A DNA stretch of 64,000 bases from Pseudomonadota bacterium. GTDB lineage: Bacteria > Pseudomonadota > Alphaproteobacteria > Rhizobiales > JAKPQE01. Of this stretch, positions 30,704 to 41,113 are shown piece after piece. The position numbers were made by a program, and so were the translations under genes. The notes below the pieces were generated by a model that searched no databases, was not told where the DNA came from, and saw only the letters and a program-made list of their open reading frames with translations. The stretch lies in the NCBI GenBank assembly GCA_029572955.1, contig JAKPQE010000150.1, positions 48,614-112,613 on the forward strand, given 5' to 3'. The stretch's first letter is position 1. Every line of letters begins with the position of its first letter.

Positions 30704-31783
30704 TCACCCGGCCTGCCAGTCGACCTTCCGGCGCAGCCGCATGACGTAGCCGATGACCTCGGCGACGGCCTTGAAGTGCTCCTGCGGGATTTCGTCGTCG
30801 AGTTCGACGGTCGCGTGCAGGGCGCGGGCCAGCGGCGCGTTCTCCACAACCGGTACCTGATTCGCCTCGGCGATTTCGCGAATCTTGAGCGCCGTGGCGT
30901 CGACGCCCTTGGCGACGCAGATCGGCGCCGGCATGCCGCTCTCGTATTTCAGCGCGACGGCGAAGTGGGTCGGGTTGGTGATCACCACCGAGGCCTCGGG
31001 CACCTTCTGCATCATGCGGCGACGGCTGCGTTCCATGCGGACCTGGCGCAGCTTGGCCTTGATGGTCGGATCGCCTTCCATCTGCTTGTACTCGTCGCGC
31101 ACCTCCTTGATGGTCATGCGCTGGCGCTGGTGCCAGCGTTGGCGCTGCCAGAGGAAGTCGAGGCCGGCAACGACGGTGAGGACCGCGACGACGCCGCCGA
31201 GCAGCTTCAGGGCGAGGTCGCGGATCATCGGCATCAGCGCGGCGAGGTCGGCCGTCAGGATGGTGTCGAGCCGGTCGCGCTCGGGCCACAGGATGACCAC
31301 CATCAGGGTCGAGACGATCGACACCTTGACGAGGCCCTTGAGGAAGTTGACGAGGCTTTCCTTGGAGAAAAGCCGCTTGAAGCCGCTCAGCGGCGAGACC
31401 TTGGAGAGCTTCGGCGTCAGCGGCTCGACGGTCCAGACCGGCTTGTGCTGGACGATGTTGCCGGCCGCGGCGGCGATCATGAACAGCAGGAACGGCAGCA
31501 GCATGGCGCCGATCACGCCGAGGCCGAGGCCGAGCCAGAGGCGGCGGAGGCCGCCGCCGTCCATCGGGATCGAGTGGGCATGCTCCATGACGCCGCGCAG
31601 CGTCGCCGTCAGCCCGGTCGCCATCGACGGCGCGAGGGCGGCGACGAACAGCGCCGCGCCGGTGATCACGAACCAGGAATTGACCTCCTGGCTCTTGGCG
31701 ATGTCGCCGCGCTTGTGCGCATCGTCGATCTTCTTTTGGGAAGGTTCTTCTGTTTTTTCCGATTCGTCGGGTTCGTCGGCCAT
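30704..31783 (-). CDS. flhB: Flagellar export protein FlhB
   Basis: EKTEEPS, NPTH autocleavage motif. Confidence 0.96.
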   Translation of the reverse strand: MADEPDESEKTEEPSQKKIDDAHKRGDIAKSQEVNSWFVITGAALFVAALAPSMATGLTATLRGVMEHAHSIPMDGGGLRRLWLGLGLGVIGAMLLPFLLFMIAAAAGNIVQHKPVWTVEPLTPKLSKVSPLSGFKRLFSKESLVNFLKGLVKVSIVSTLMVVILWPERDRLDTILTADLAALMPMIRDLALKLLGGVVAVLTVVAGLDFLWQRQRWHQRQRMTIKEVRDEYKQMEGDPTIKAKLRQVRMERSRRRMMQKVPEASVVITNPTHFAVALKYESGMPAPICVAKGVDATALKIREIAEANQVPVVENAPLARALHATVELDDEIPQEHFKAVAEVIGYVMRLRRKVDWQAG

Positions 31784-31796
31784 GACGCGCGCTCCG

Positions 31797-32558
31797 CTAG
31801 TGGACGACGAACCTGCCGAGCAGCATTTCGACGTGGTCGAGGTACCACATCATCACCGCTCCGATCAGGAACATCAGAAGAATGAAGCCGACCATGATGC
31901 TGGCCGGCATGGCGATGAAGAAGATCTGCAACTGCGGCATCAGCCGCGACAGAATGCCGAGGCCGAGGTTGAAGATGAGGCCGAAGACGATGAACGGCGC
32001 GGCGATCTGGATGCCGATGACGAAGGTCTCGGTGATCGTGCGCAGCGCCGCGGCGCTGAAGTCGCCGACCGGCCAGGTCTCGCCGGGCTGGAACATCGTG
32101 TAGGAATCATAGAGTGCCGCGAGCACCAGATGGTGCAGGTCGGTGACGAAGATCATCGTCAGGGCGAGGATAGTCAGGAAGTTGCCGATGATCGCGCCCT
32201 GCTGGCCCTGGCTCGGATCGACGCTGAGGGCGAAGCCGAGGCCCATCTGGAAGGCGATGGTGGTGCCGGCGGTCTGCAGCGAGGTGGTGATCATGCGGGC
32301 GATGAGGCCGAGGCCGAAGCCGATCATCAGCTCGCCGGCGAGCGCCGTCAGGACACCGGCGAACGAGGCCGGCATCGCCGGATAGGCACGGCTGACGGCG
32401 GGATAGAGCACCAGCGTGATGGCGAGGGCGAGCGACAGGCGGATGCGCGCCGGCATGGTGCGCTCGCCGATCGCCGGCATCAGCATGACGAGCGTGCCGA
32501 GCCGGGCGAACATCAGCATGAAGAGAAAAGCCGTCTGAGGCAGCAGCGAGATCGTCAT
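31797..32558 (-). CDS. fliR: Flagellar export protein FliR
   Basis: Hydrophobic, FQMGL, RLMPQLQIFF; position. Confidence 0.94.
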   Translation of the reverse strand: MTISLLPQTAFLFMLMFARLGTLVMLMPAIGERTMPARIRLSLALAITLVLYPAVSRAYPAMPASFAGVLTALAGELMIGFGLGLIARMITTSLQTAGTTIAFQMGLGFALSVDPSQGQQGAIIGNFLTILALTMIFVTDLHHLVLAALYDSYTMFQPGETWPVGDFSAAALRTITETFVIGIQIAAPFIVFGLIFNLGLGILSRLMPQLQIFFIAMPASIMVGFILLMFLIGAVMMWYLDHVEMLLGRFVVH

Positions 32559-32580
32559 CGCCCTTCCCCGTCCCTCACCT

Positions 32581-32847
32581 TCAGCCGCCGGCGACGATGC
32601 GCTCGGTCAGGCGCGCCATCAGGCCGGCGAGCGCCTGGCCCATGAACGGCAGGGCGAGCAGCAGGGCAACGAAGATCGCGACGATCTTCGGCACGAAGAC
32701 GAGGGTCATTTCCTGGACCTGGGTCAGCGCCTGCAACAGGCCGATGCCGACGCCGACGAGCAGGCCGACGAGCATCGGCGGGGTCGCCACGACGATCATG
32801 GTGTAGATGGCGTCGCGCGCGATATCGACGACTTCCGCTCCGGTCAT
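32581..32847 (-). CDS. fliQ: Flagellar export protein FliQ
   Basis: QALTQVQEMTLVFVPKI. Confidence 0.96.
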   Translation of the reverse strand: MTGAEVVDIARDAIYTMIVVATPPMLVGLLVGVGIGLLQALTQVQEMTLVFVPKIVAIFVALLLALPFMGQALAGLMARLTERIVAGG

Positions 32848-32872
32848 GGCGCCTTCCTCGCGCGCCGACGGG

Positions 32873-33193
32873 TCAGATCGGCATGCGCATGATCTCTTCG
32901 TAGGCGGCGATCACCTTGTCGCGCACCGTGACCATGGTCGACAGCGCGACCTCGGTCTCGGCGACGGCGGTGACCACGTCGACCACGTCCGCCTTGCCCT
33001 GCGCCGCGGCCAGAGCCTTCTGGTCGGCGACCTTGCCGGCCTCGACCACGTCGCCGATGGCCTGCTTGACCATCGAGCCGAAATCACCACCGGCGTCGCC
33101 CGTGGCCTTGGCCGCCTTCTCGTTCCCGGCGAGCTGATTCGCCAGTCTTCCGACGGAAGAATACGCCTTGGCGGCGGAAAGTGGCGTGGTCAT
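32873..33193 (-). CDS. fliE: Hook-basal body protein FliE
   Basis: VRDKVIAAYEEIMRMPI. Confidence 0.95.
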   Translation of the reverse strand: MTTPLSAAKAYSSVGRLANQLAGNEKAAKATGDAGGDFGSMVKQAIGDVVEAGKVADQKALAAAQGKADVVDVVTAVAETEVALSTMVTVRDKVIAAYEEIMRMPI

Positions 33194-33239
33194 TCCTTCG
33201 CTCCCCGTTCTGGTGCGGTGCCCGGCCGGCGATCAGCGC

Positions 33240-33650
33240 TCAGGCGCGCAGGATGTCGAGCGTGCGGTCGATCATGCGGCGCGTCGCCGTGATCAGGTTG
33301 AGGTTGGCCTCGTAGCTGCGCTGCGCCTCGCGGAAATCCATCGCCTCGACCATGGTGTTGACGTTGGGCAGCTTGACGTAGCCCTTGGCGTCGGCGGCCG
33401 GGTGGCCGGGGTCGTAGCGGGTGCCGAAGTCGCTCTGGTCGCGCTCGATCTTGCCGAGGCGCACGGTGTCGGCGCCGAGCTCGCGGTCGAGCGCGGTCTT
33501 GAAGGTCGGGATCTTGCGCCGGTAGGGGTCGGCGCCGGGCGCGTTGCCGGTCGAATCGGCGTTGGCGAGGTTTTCCGAAATGACCCGCATGCGTCCCGAC
33601 TGGGCCCTGAGGCCGGTCGCCGCCACCATGATCGAGCGCAGGAATTCCAT
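33240..33650 (-). CDS. flgC: Basal-body rod protein FlgC
   Basis: SENLANADS, YDPGHPAAD, PNVN, RSYEAN. Confidence 0.96.
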   Translation of the reverse strand: MEFLRSIMVAATGLRAQSGRMRVISENLANADSTGNAPGADPYRRKIPTFKTALDRELGADTVRLGKIERDQSDFGTRYDPGHPAADAKGYVKLPNVNTMVEAMDFREAQRSYEANLNLITATRRMIDRTLDILRA

Positions 33651-33671
33651 GGGCTAACCCCTTCAGATCCG

Positions 33672-34082
33672 TCAGGCGCCGCGGCCGATCGCGGTCTTGA
33701 TGAGGCCGAGACCGCGGCTGTAGAGGGTCGCAACCGTCTGGTAGTCCATCTGGTTGGCCGTCACCTTCATCATTTCTTCCTCGAGAACGACCCGGTTGCC
33801 TTCCGGCGTCGTTTCGAAATCGGTGATCCGCCGGGTGTCGAAGGGACCGGCGCCGGACGGCGGCCGCGTCGCGAAATGCGCCGCATCGGTGCGCAGCGCG
33901 GTGACGCCCTCGACCTGCGCGGCCTTGACGTGGCTCTCGAAGTCGAGCGGCTTCAGATCGTGACCGCGATAGCCGGGCGTATCGGCATTGGCGATATTCT
34001 CGGACAGCACCCGCTGGCGCGCCTCGTGCCATTTCATGCGGGTGCGCAGGGCGGAGAAGATCGGCAGATCGGTGATCGCCAT
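33672..34082 (-). CDS. flgB: Basal-body rod protein FlgB
   Basis: ENIANADTPGY, GNRVVLEEEM. Confidence 0.95.
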   Translation of the reverse strand: MAITDLPIFSALRTRMKWHEARQRVLSENIANADTPGYRGHDLKPLDFESHVKAAQVEGVTALRTDAAHFATRPPSGAGPFDTRRITDFETTPEGNRVVLEEEMMKVTANQMDYQTVATLYSRGLGLIKTAIGRGA

Positions 34083-34119
34083 GGTGGCCGCGTCCCCCAC
34101 GATGGGTGATTGCTGAATG

Positions 34120-34262
34120 CGGCAAATTCTGCAGGGTGTATGGTTAATCAAAGGTTAATCGTGTTAACGCTGCATTTACCGTTCGGGGCGATGCGGCGCC
34201 CCATGGCGAAAGCCTGTGGAAAAGACGGCAAGGGGAGACCCCGTGGTCGGCAGTTTTTGCTG
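34120..34262. promoter_or_regulatory. CtrA box and two ftr-like sites in flgB/fliO divergent region
   Basis: TTAA-TCAAAGG-TTAA at 34144-34158; CGGCA-N5-TGC at 34120 and 34248. Confidence 0.75.
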
Positions 34263-34320
34263 ACTGGCGTTAACCTGCCGGTTGGGGTAACCCGCCGGGA
34301 AAGCGAGGGGGCCGGACAGA

Positions 34321-35607
34321 ATGGGTGACTGGATGATCGAGACTTTCGGCGAGGGCGGCGCCAGGGCAGCGCAATTCATTTTCGCCCTCATCTTCGTCCT
34401 GCTTCTGATCGCCATCGGTGCCTTCCTGCTCAGGCGTTTCGCAGCCGTGCGCTTCGGGGCGACCAGCGGGCGCAGCCGCCAGCCGCGCCTCGCCATCATG
34501 GACGCCGCACCGATCGACACCCGCCGCCGGCTGGTGCTGATCCGCCGCGACAACATCGAGCATCTCCTCCTGATCGGCGGCCCGAGCGACGTCGTCGTCG
34601 AGCAGAACATCGTGCGCGGCTATCCCGCGACGATGCCGCAGCCGCGCGTCGGCGCGCCGCGCCGCCACGGCGCCGAGCCCGAGGAGCACGGCGAGGAGGC
34701 GGCCGCCGAGCCGGCGCCGCGCCACGCCGCGGTCGAGCATCGCCACGCGCCCGAGCGGCCGGCGCACCGGGCCGAGGAGCATCCGCCGCGGGCCCGCCAG
34801 GAAGAGCTGAGGCCCGACGCCCTCCACCGCCTCGACGACGCGCTGCGCCACCACGACCAGAGCCCCGTGCCGCCGAAGACCGAGCCGGCACCCGCCGCCG
34901 CGCACGTCCACGCGCCGGTCCCGCCCGCCGCACCGGCGCCCGCCGCCGCGCACGTCCACGCACCGGTCCCGCCCGCTGCACCGGCGCCGGCCGCCGCCCA
35001 TCCGCCGCGCCCGGCGCAACCGCCACGCCCGCAGGCAACGCCGCCAGTCATGCCGCGCCAGCCCGCCGCACCGCGGCCGAGCGAGCCAGCAGCGCCAGCC
35101 GCACCCGCCGTTGCCCATGCGCCGGAGCCGAAGCCGGCGAGCCCCTTCCGCTTCCCGTCGCGCATGACCGAGCGGCCGGCCGGCAGCCCGCCGCCGCAGC
35201 CGCCGTCGCGCGGCAGCCTGCTCGGTGCCTCGCGGGCAACGCCGACCCTGGCGCCGCCGCCGGTTCCGCCGCAGATGCCCGCGACCGCACCGGAGCCGGC
35301 ACCCGCACCCGCAGCGAAGGTCGAGATCGAACCGGAGCCGATCGAGCCGATCGCCGCTGCGCCGGCGCCCGAGATGGCCGCCACCGCGCCGGCCTTCAAG
35401 ATCGAGCCGGAGCCCGAGGCCGAGCCGAAATTCGAACTCGCCATCGAGCCGGAACCGGAACCGGAGCCGGAGGCAGCGCCGGAGCCCGCGCCTGCGCCCG
35501 TCGAAGAGGCACCGCAGCCGGCCAAGGCCAAGGCGCCGACCATAGAGAGCCTCGAGGACGAAATGGCCAAGCTCCTCGGCGAGATCGCCGGGCAGCCGCC
35601 GCGATGA
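34321..35607 (+). CDS. fliO: FliO-like protein with long Pro/Ala-rich C-terminal extension
   Basis: TM then RRRLVLIRRDNIEHLLLIGG; ends SLEDEMAKLLG; upstream of fliP. Confidence 0.8.
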   Translation: MGDWMIETFGEGGARAAQFIFALIFVLLLIAIGAFLLRRFAAVRFGATSGRSRQPRLAIMDAAPIDTRRRLVLIRRDNIEHLLLIGGPSDVVVEQNIVRGYPATMPQPRVGAPRRHGAEPEEHGEEAAAEPAPRHAAVEHRHAPERPAHRAEEHPPRARQEELRPDALHRLDDALRHHDQSPVPPKTEPAPAAAHVHAPVPPAAPAPAAAHVHAPVPPAAPAPAAAHPPRPAQPPRPQATPPVMPRQPAAPRPSEPAAPAAPAVAHAPEPKPASPFRFPSRMTERPAGSPPPQPPSRGSLLGASRATPTLAPPPVPPQMPATAPEPAPAPAAKVEIEPEPIEPIAAAPAPEMAATAPAFKIEPEPEAEPKFELAIEPEPEPEPEAAPEPAPAPVEEAPQPAKAKAPTIESLEDEMAKLLGEIAGQPPR

Positions 35608-36362
35608 GTGCCAAGGGCCGCGGCCTGCCGGCCCGGCGCTTTCTCCCGGCCGCCCTCGCCTTCCTGGTGCTGGCGGTCGGATTTCCGGCAGCAGCACAGG
35701 ACATCACCCTCGGCTTCGGCGAAGGCACGACGCTGACCGAGCGCGCCGTGCAGCTGGTGATGCTCGTCACCGTGCTGTCGCTCGCCCCTTCGATCCTCGT
35801 GATGGTGACCTCGTTCACCCGGATCGCGGTAGTGCTGTCGCTGCTCAGGACCGCCATCGGCCTGCAGACCGCGCCGCCGAACGCGGTGATCGTCAGCCTC
35901 GCGCTGTTCCTCACCGCCTTCGTCATGGCGCCGACCTTCCAGCAGGCCTATGACGAGGGCATCCAGCCGCTGATCGACGGGGCGATCGAGCCGGACCAGG
36001 CGTTCGAGCGGGCCTCGGCGCCGTTCCATGCCTTCATGCGCAAGCATGTGCGCGAGAAGGACCTGCGGCTCTTCATCGATCTCGCGCGCCAGCCGCCGCC
36101 GGAGACGCCCGAGGAAGTCAGCCTCAGGATCCTCGTTCCGGCCTTCATGATCTCGGAGCTGCGCCGGGCGTTCGAGATCGGCTTCCTCTTGTTCGTGCCG
36201 TTCATCGTCATCGACCTCGTCGTCGCCTCGGTGCTGATGTCGATGGGCATGATGATGCTGCCGCCGGTGGTGATCTCACTGCCGTTCAAGCTGATCTTCT
36301 TCGTTCTGGTCGACGGCTGGAATCTGGTGGCGGGCAGTCTGGTGGAGAGCTTCGGGACCTGA
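35604..36362 (+). CDS. fliP: Flagellar export protein FliP
   Basis: TSFTRI, PPN, PAFMISEL, MGMMMLPP, LPFKL, DGW. Confidence 0.97.
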   Translation: MSAKGRGLPARRFLPAALAFLVLAVGFPAAAQDITLGFGEGTTLTERAVQLVMLVTVLSLAPSILVMVTSFTRIAVVLSLLRTAIGLQTAPPNAVIVSLALFLTAFVMAPTFQQAYDEGIQPLIDGAIEPDQAFERASAPFHAFMRKHVREKDLRLFIDLARQPPPETPEEVSLRILVPAFMISELRRAFEIGFLLFVPFIVIDLVVASVLMSMGMMMLPPVVISLPFKLIFFVLVDGWNLVAGSLVESFGT

Positions 36363-36387
36363 GGCCGGCGCGGCGGCGTCCCCGGCG

Positions 36388-39300
36388 TCAGCCCTTGTTG
36401 CCGACTCCGGCCGGCAGGGCCGAACTGCCGATCTCGCCTTCGACGAAGCCCTTGCGGTATTCGGCAAGGAACGCCTGCAGGCGGTCGACAGCGCCGATCT
36501 CGGCGATGATCGACTGGAATTCGACGCCCTGCGCCTCGATTGGCCCGGTGACCACGTCGAAGGCATGGGCATGGGCGCCGCCCGCCATCTTGGCCGCGTA
36601 TTTGCCGTGCAGCCGGTCGAGGCCGATGCGATCGTCGGCAAGGGCATAACCGATCGCGGCGCGCAGCACGTCGAAGCGCTGGTCGTCGTCGAGGGCCCGG
36701 TCGCCTGACCAGGATTCGCCATACATGCGCTCGATCTGCTCGGCCGCCTTCTGCCACTGCTCGCCCTTCCAGAGCACGTCGGCGCGAACCCGGTCGACGT
36801 CGGCGCCGACGAAGGAGCGCAGGAGGTCGAGCGCAATGTCGGCGCGGCCGGTCTCGCCGAGGGCGACCGCCTCGACGATGCGGCGGCGACGCTCGAGCGT
36901 CTTGGGCAGCTGCGCCTGGCGGGTGCGGTGGATGGTCCTCAGGGCCTCGGCCGGCTTGTGATCGGTAAGATAAATGACGGCGAGGTCGGCGGCGACCTCG
37001 GCCCGTGCGGCGCCCTTCAGGCGATTGTCGACCTGATGGGCGAGCAATTCCTCGGCCGGCTCGAGCAGATCGACCGAGACCAGACGGTCGGCGAGACGGC
37101 GCACCATTTCGTCGCCGCGCCGCCCGACGGGCGTCAGCTGGCGGTGGTCGTAATAGAGCGCCAGCGCCGCGAGCGGCTCCATGTTGTCGGCCTTGCCGTT
37201 GAGATAGAGGTCGGCAAAGACCGTCGACATCTCGTCCTGGATGAGGCGCGTGGTCTTGTCTTCCGGCGCCGCGATCATCGCCGAGCGCATGGTGGTGAAG
37301 GCGTCGCGGTAGCGGCCCTTGTCGACATAGAGCGAGGCCAGCATCCCGAGCGCCTTCAGCTCGGTCTCGTCGCCGCGCCACACCGAGGACAGCGATTCCA
37401 GCGCCTCGATGCCCTTGACGGGGTCGAGCACGCCGTCGCGCTTCATCTGGGTGAGCTTGCGCAGCTCGGCCTCGGCGGCGAGCGGACGCGGCGCGGTCTT
37501 GATCACCCGGTCGTAATAGCCGAGGGCCTCGTCGGTACGCCCGGAGGCGTCGGCGATACGGGCGCGCAACAGGTCGTAGCGGGCAACGCGCTCGTTGCTG
37601 ACGGTCGCCGGATTGATCTCGGAGAGATAGCCGGTCGCCGAGGCGAAGTCGTTGATCTCGACGGAGGCCTGGGCGGCGGCGAGGTTGACGTCGGTCTGCA
37701 GGGCGAGCGGATAGGAGGCGAGCACCGTCTCGACATCGGGCATCAGGCGGCGCACCTCGAGCCAGTTGTGCATCTGCTCGTGGGCGAGCACGCGCCAGAC
37801 CTGGGCGTCGGCATTGCCGTCGAGCGCCGGGTCGGCGAGCGCCTTGTAGGCGTCGATCGGACGGTGCGCCATGACATCGGCGGCGCCGAGCAGGACGCGA
37901 TAGTCGGCGTCCTCGTTGATCGCGGCCGATTCGGCGCCGGTCATGCCGAGGATGCCGATCGCCTCGTAGGCAAGGCCGTTGGCGAGGTAGAAGCGGGCGA
38001 GATCGAGGCGCGGCTGGTCGCGGTTGCCGGCCTCGGCATTGGCGGCGGCGTGCTGGAGATCGCTGAGGCGATTCTGGAAGTCGCCCGGGCTTGCCGGCTG
38101 CCAGGCCCGGAAATCGATGAAGCCCGGTCGCCCGAGCTCCTCAGGAAGCGGTGCCGTGATGGCGGCGGACCTGCCGCTGGCGTTCGACAGCGTCAGGCCC
38201 TTCGGCCTCGATATGGTGACGATGTCCGCCTCGATACCGGCTTTCAGATCGTCGACCGAGGGGATCACCGCGATGCCGTGGGCCGAAGGCAGGACCTCGA
38301 AATCGACGAACCGCAGGGGCTTGATGAAGCCGCGCGGCGGGCCGAGCGCGGTGACGACGGCGATGCGGTCGCCGACGGTCGGATCCTCGATCCAGTGCAC
38401 CGAGCCGGCATTGGCCAGCGGCACGCGGACGATGGCGCGGCCGTCCGGCTCGGCGGAACGGTCGATGTCGAGCGGGCGGCTCGGCGCCAGCACCATCTCG
38501 CCGATGGTGACGATCCAGCTCGGGCCCTCGCTGCCCATCGTGGTCAGGCGCGGCTGGTCGAAGGTCATGCGGATCGACTGGGAATTGCCCGAGCGGGTGA
38601 TCTGGCTGTCGACGACCATGTCGGAGAGATCGTTGCGCACGGCGCGCAGATCGATCGGCAGGCCGCTGTCGAACACGATCCAGAGATCGGCGCCGCGCCG
38701 GAAGACGGCGGCCGGCGTATCGTTGTCGAAGGGAAAAACGAGGCGGATGGTGCTGCCGATGCGCCGCGTCTCGACATGAACGTAGTTCGGCGCGACGCTG
38801 CCATGGTCGGCCGTGTCCTCGCGGGGCGCCGGCTCGGGCGCCGCGGCGACTTCATCGGCCGCGATATCGGCCGCCGCCTCAGAGGCCGGTGCTGCCGGCG
38901 CCTCGACGGGCTTCGACTTTTCGGCGACGGCGACGGGCGCTTCCGGCTCGGCCGGCATGTCGGCGGTCTCGGCGGCTGCGGGACGCGGCGCCGGGCTGCC
39001 GCCGAGCAGCGGGCGCTCGGTCGTCGTCACGTCGGCCATCGGCGCCGTCTCGTCGGGCTCGGCGACCGCGCCGTCGGTCCGGCCGCGGGTCACGATGCGG
39101 GCATCGGCGCCACCGGCCATGCTGCCGACCGCGTCGGAAATCTGCCTCTCGACGTCCGGCCGCTCGGCCGCGAGCGCCGGATTGGCGACGTCGACGACAT
39201 AGGCCTCGCCGTCGCGGAAGGCGCGGACATCGGCGGAGGGATCGACCTTCAGCTTGATCCGCAGCCCCTTCTCGCCATTCTCGCCGGTGATTTCGTCGAC

Positions 39301-40017
39301 GAGCGGCGGCATGTCGGAGCGGATCGGACCGAGGTCCGGGTCGGCGAAAACGTCGAAGCCGATGGCGACGTCGCCGCCGTCGCGGGCGAAGGCCGGCTGG
39401 AACGGCACGTTCCAGACGAAGGCGAAACGGGTGAAGGTCGGCTGGCGGCCAACCCGCACGTCGACCTTGGGCTCCTTGCCGTCGAGCAGCTTGGCGCGCT
39501 CCTCGGCGCGCGCCTTGTCGGCGGCTTCCTGGGCGCGGCGGGCGAGCTCGGCGACGACCTCCTCGGGCAGGCCCGGCGGCAGGCCGGTCCAGTCGTAGGG
39601 CAGCAGGTCGATGAACAGCTTTTCGCCCGCCTCCATGGTGTTGACCCGGACGGCGCGGGCGAGCGCGAAGCGCAGCGCCTTGTCGTTGGGATCGGCGCGG
39701 GCGACGGTGATGTACTCGCCAAGGCTCAGCGTCACCCGGTCGACACCGGCGGCGATCGGCTCGTCGAGCTTGACGACGAGGACGCCGTTGTTGACCTCGG
39801 CATTGTAGCCGGGCAGCGTCAGGCGGCCCTCGAAAGTCAGCACCAGCCGGCCGAATCCCTCTTTCATCGCAACGGCTTCGACGTCGACCCGCTGCTCGGC
39901 GAGAGCGCCGTGGCCGATCGGCACGATGAGGCTGAGGAAGAAGGCGAGCAGGACCGCGCGCAGGGCCATGAAGCACCTGCGTCCGATCGCGCCGAGGGGC
40001 ATTGCCGCCTTCACCAT
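36388..40017 (-). CDS. Large exported TPR-like flagellar-associated protein
   Basis: Signal peptide, helical-repeat C-terminal half, position after MotE-like gene; start uncertain (39969-40047). Confidence 0.75.
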   Translation of the reverse strand: MVKAAMPLGAIGRRCFMALRAVLLAFFLSLIVPIGHGALAEQRVDVEAVAMKEGFGRLVLTFEGRLTLPGYNAEVNNGVLVVKLDEPIAAGVDRVTLSLGEYITVARADPNDKALRFALARAVRVNTMEAGEKLFIDLLPYDWTGLPPGLPEEVVAELARRAQEAADKARAEERAKLLDGKEPKVDVRVGRQPTFTRFAFVWNVPFQPAFARDGGDVAIGFDVFADPDLGPIRSDMPPLVDEITGENGEKGLRIKLKVDPSADVRAFRDGEAYVVDVANPALAAERPDVERQISDAVGSMAGGADARIVTRGRTDGAVAEPDETAPMADVTTTERPLLGGSPAPRPAAAETADMPAEPEAPVAVAEKSKPVEAPAAPASEAAADIAADEVAAAPEPAPREDTADHGSVAPNYVHVETRRIGSTIRLVFPFDNDTPAAVFRRGADLWIVFDSGLPIDLRAVRNDLSDMVVDSQITRSGNSQSIRMTFDQPRLTTMGSEGPSWIVTIGEMVLAPSRPLDIDRSAEPDGRAIVRVPLANAGSVHWIEDPTVGDRIAVVTALGPPRGFIKPLRFVDFEVLPSAHGIAVIPSVDDLKAGIEADIVTISRPKGLTLSNASGRSAAITAPLPEELGRPGFIDFRAWQPASPGDFQNRLSDLQHAAANAEAGNRDQPRLDLARFYLANGLAYEAIGILGMTGAESAAINEDADYRVLLGAADVMAHRPIDAYKALADPALDGNADAQVWRVLAHEQMHNWLEVRRLMPDVETVLASYPLALQTDVNLAAAQASVEINDFASATGYLSEINPATVSNERVARYDLLRARIADASGRTDEALGYYDRVIKTAPRPLAAEAELRKLTQMKRDGVLDPVKGIEALESLSSVWRGDETELKALGMLASLYVDKGRYRDAFTTMRSAMIAAPEDKTTRLIQDEMSTVFADLYLNGKADNMEPLAALALYYDHRQLTPVGRRGDEMVRRLADRLVSVDLLEPAEELLAHQVDNRLKGAARAEVAADLAVIYLTDHKPAEALRTIHRTRQAQLPKTLERRRRIVEAVALGETGRADIALDLLRSFVGADVDRVRADVLWKGEQWQKAAEQIERMYGESWSGDRALDDDQRFDVLRAAIGYALADDRIGLDRLHGKYAAKMAGGAHAHAFDVVTGPIEAQGVEFQSIIAEIGAVDRLQAFLAEYRKGFVEGEIGSSALPAGVGNKG

Positions 40018-40111
40018 CACTCTCCAAACCGGCCGGTCACCCGTCACGCGCCCTCGCGCGCGAAGCGGACGAGCCGCACAGGAACCCGATCGAGAGCCTA
40101 AATGCCATGGC

Positions 40112-40126
40112 TTAACAGGCTGTTAC
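40112..40126 (-). promoter_or_regulatory. Imperfect CtrA box
   Basis: TTAA-CAGGCTG-TTAC. Confidence 0.55.
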
Positions 40127-40252
40127 GGATCGCCGGCGGCGGCCCTTGCCGGGTCGTCGGAAATGCCTTTTCCGGTCCGCCGGCAGGGCGGCAAAAGAGC
40201 GCGCGATCGCACCCCGCCGCGCGCCGTGCCGGCGCCGCAGGACGGCAGCCCG

Positions 40253-41113
40253 TCAGCTCGCGCCCGGCTGGATCGGCTGGCCCTCGATCTTGGGAAGCAG
40301 GCGCGGGCCGTCGTCGGGTTTCGCCACGCCCTTGCCCTGGGTGGCGAGCTCGACGGTCAGCCGTTCGGCCGCGTCGGGCGACATCTGGGCGAGGATCGGC
40401 GCCATCTTGCGCGGATTCATCTGGCGGGCGAGATCGACGAGAATTTCGATCGAGAGGCGATCGAAGACCTTGGCGGCGTCCTTGGGCTTCATCGTCTCGT
40501 ACATCGAGATGAGGCGGGCGAGCTCGGCGGCGCGCTCCTCCTCCTTCTTCTTCTGGGCCGCGCCGAGTTCGTTCTCGAGGCTCTTGAGCTTGCCGACCCG
40601 CTCCTCGAGGCGCTTCTCGGCCGCCTGGAGCAGGGATTCGCGCAGCTTCAGCTGGGCTTCGCGCTTGTCGAGCTCCTTGCGGCGGTCGCTGAGCCGCGAC
40701 AGCAGCGCCTGCTCCGACGAGGACCGGCCGTTGGGATCGAGCCGTTCGCCGAAAACCGCAGGCTCGGGCGCGGCACCCTCGCCCGGCATGCCGCCCATGC
40801 CCGTCATGGCATCCATACCGGCCATGCCGGTCATGCCGTCGGCCGGCGGCGGCACCGCGGCGGGATCGGCGGCCGCATCCGGCGCGGCGGCGACATCGGC
40901 AGCGAGCGGCGCCGGCGTTCCACCGGCGGGAGCGGCCTCTCCGGCCGCGGCATCGGCGGCGGCGGCCTCGGTCCTGGCGCCGTCATTGGCGGCGCTGGCG
41001 CCTACGGTCCCGCTCAGCACGTAGCCGCCCTCGCCAACGAGCGCGATCGTCTTGAGGACGAGCAGCGCCGTGGCGGCGAGCGCAACGAGCGGGATGAGGC
41101 GGATCTGCGTCAC
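40253..41113 (-). CDS. MotE-family flagellar protein
   Basis: Coiled coil, YETMKPKDAAKVF, MNPRKMAPILAQM. Confidence 0.8.
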   Translation of the reverse strand: MTQIRLIPLVALAATALLVLKTIALVGEGGYVLSGTVGASAANDGARTEAAAADAAAGEAAPAGGTPAPLAADVAAAPDAAADPAAVPPPADGMTGMAGMDAMTGMGGMPGEGAAPEPAVFGERLDPNGRSSSEQALLSRLSDRRKELDKREAQLKLRESLLQAAEKRLEERVGKLKSLENELGAAQKKKEEERAAELARLISMYETMKPKDAAKVFDRLSIEILVDLARQMNPRKMAPILAQMSPDAAERLTVELATQGKGVAKPDDGPRLLPKIEGQPIQPGAS

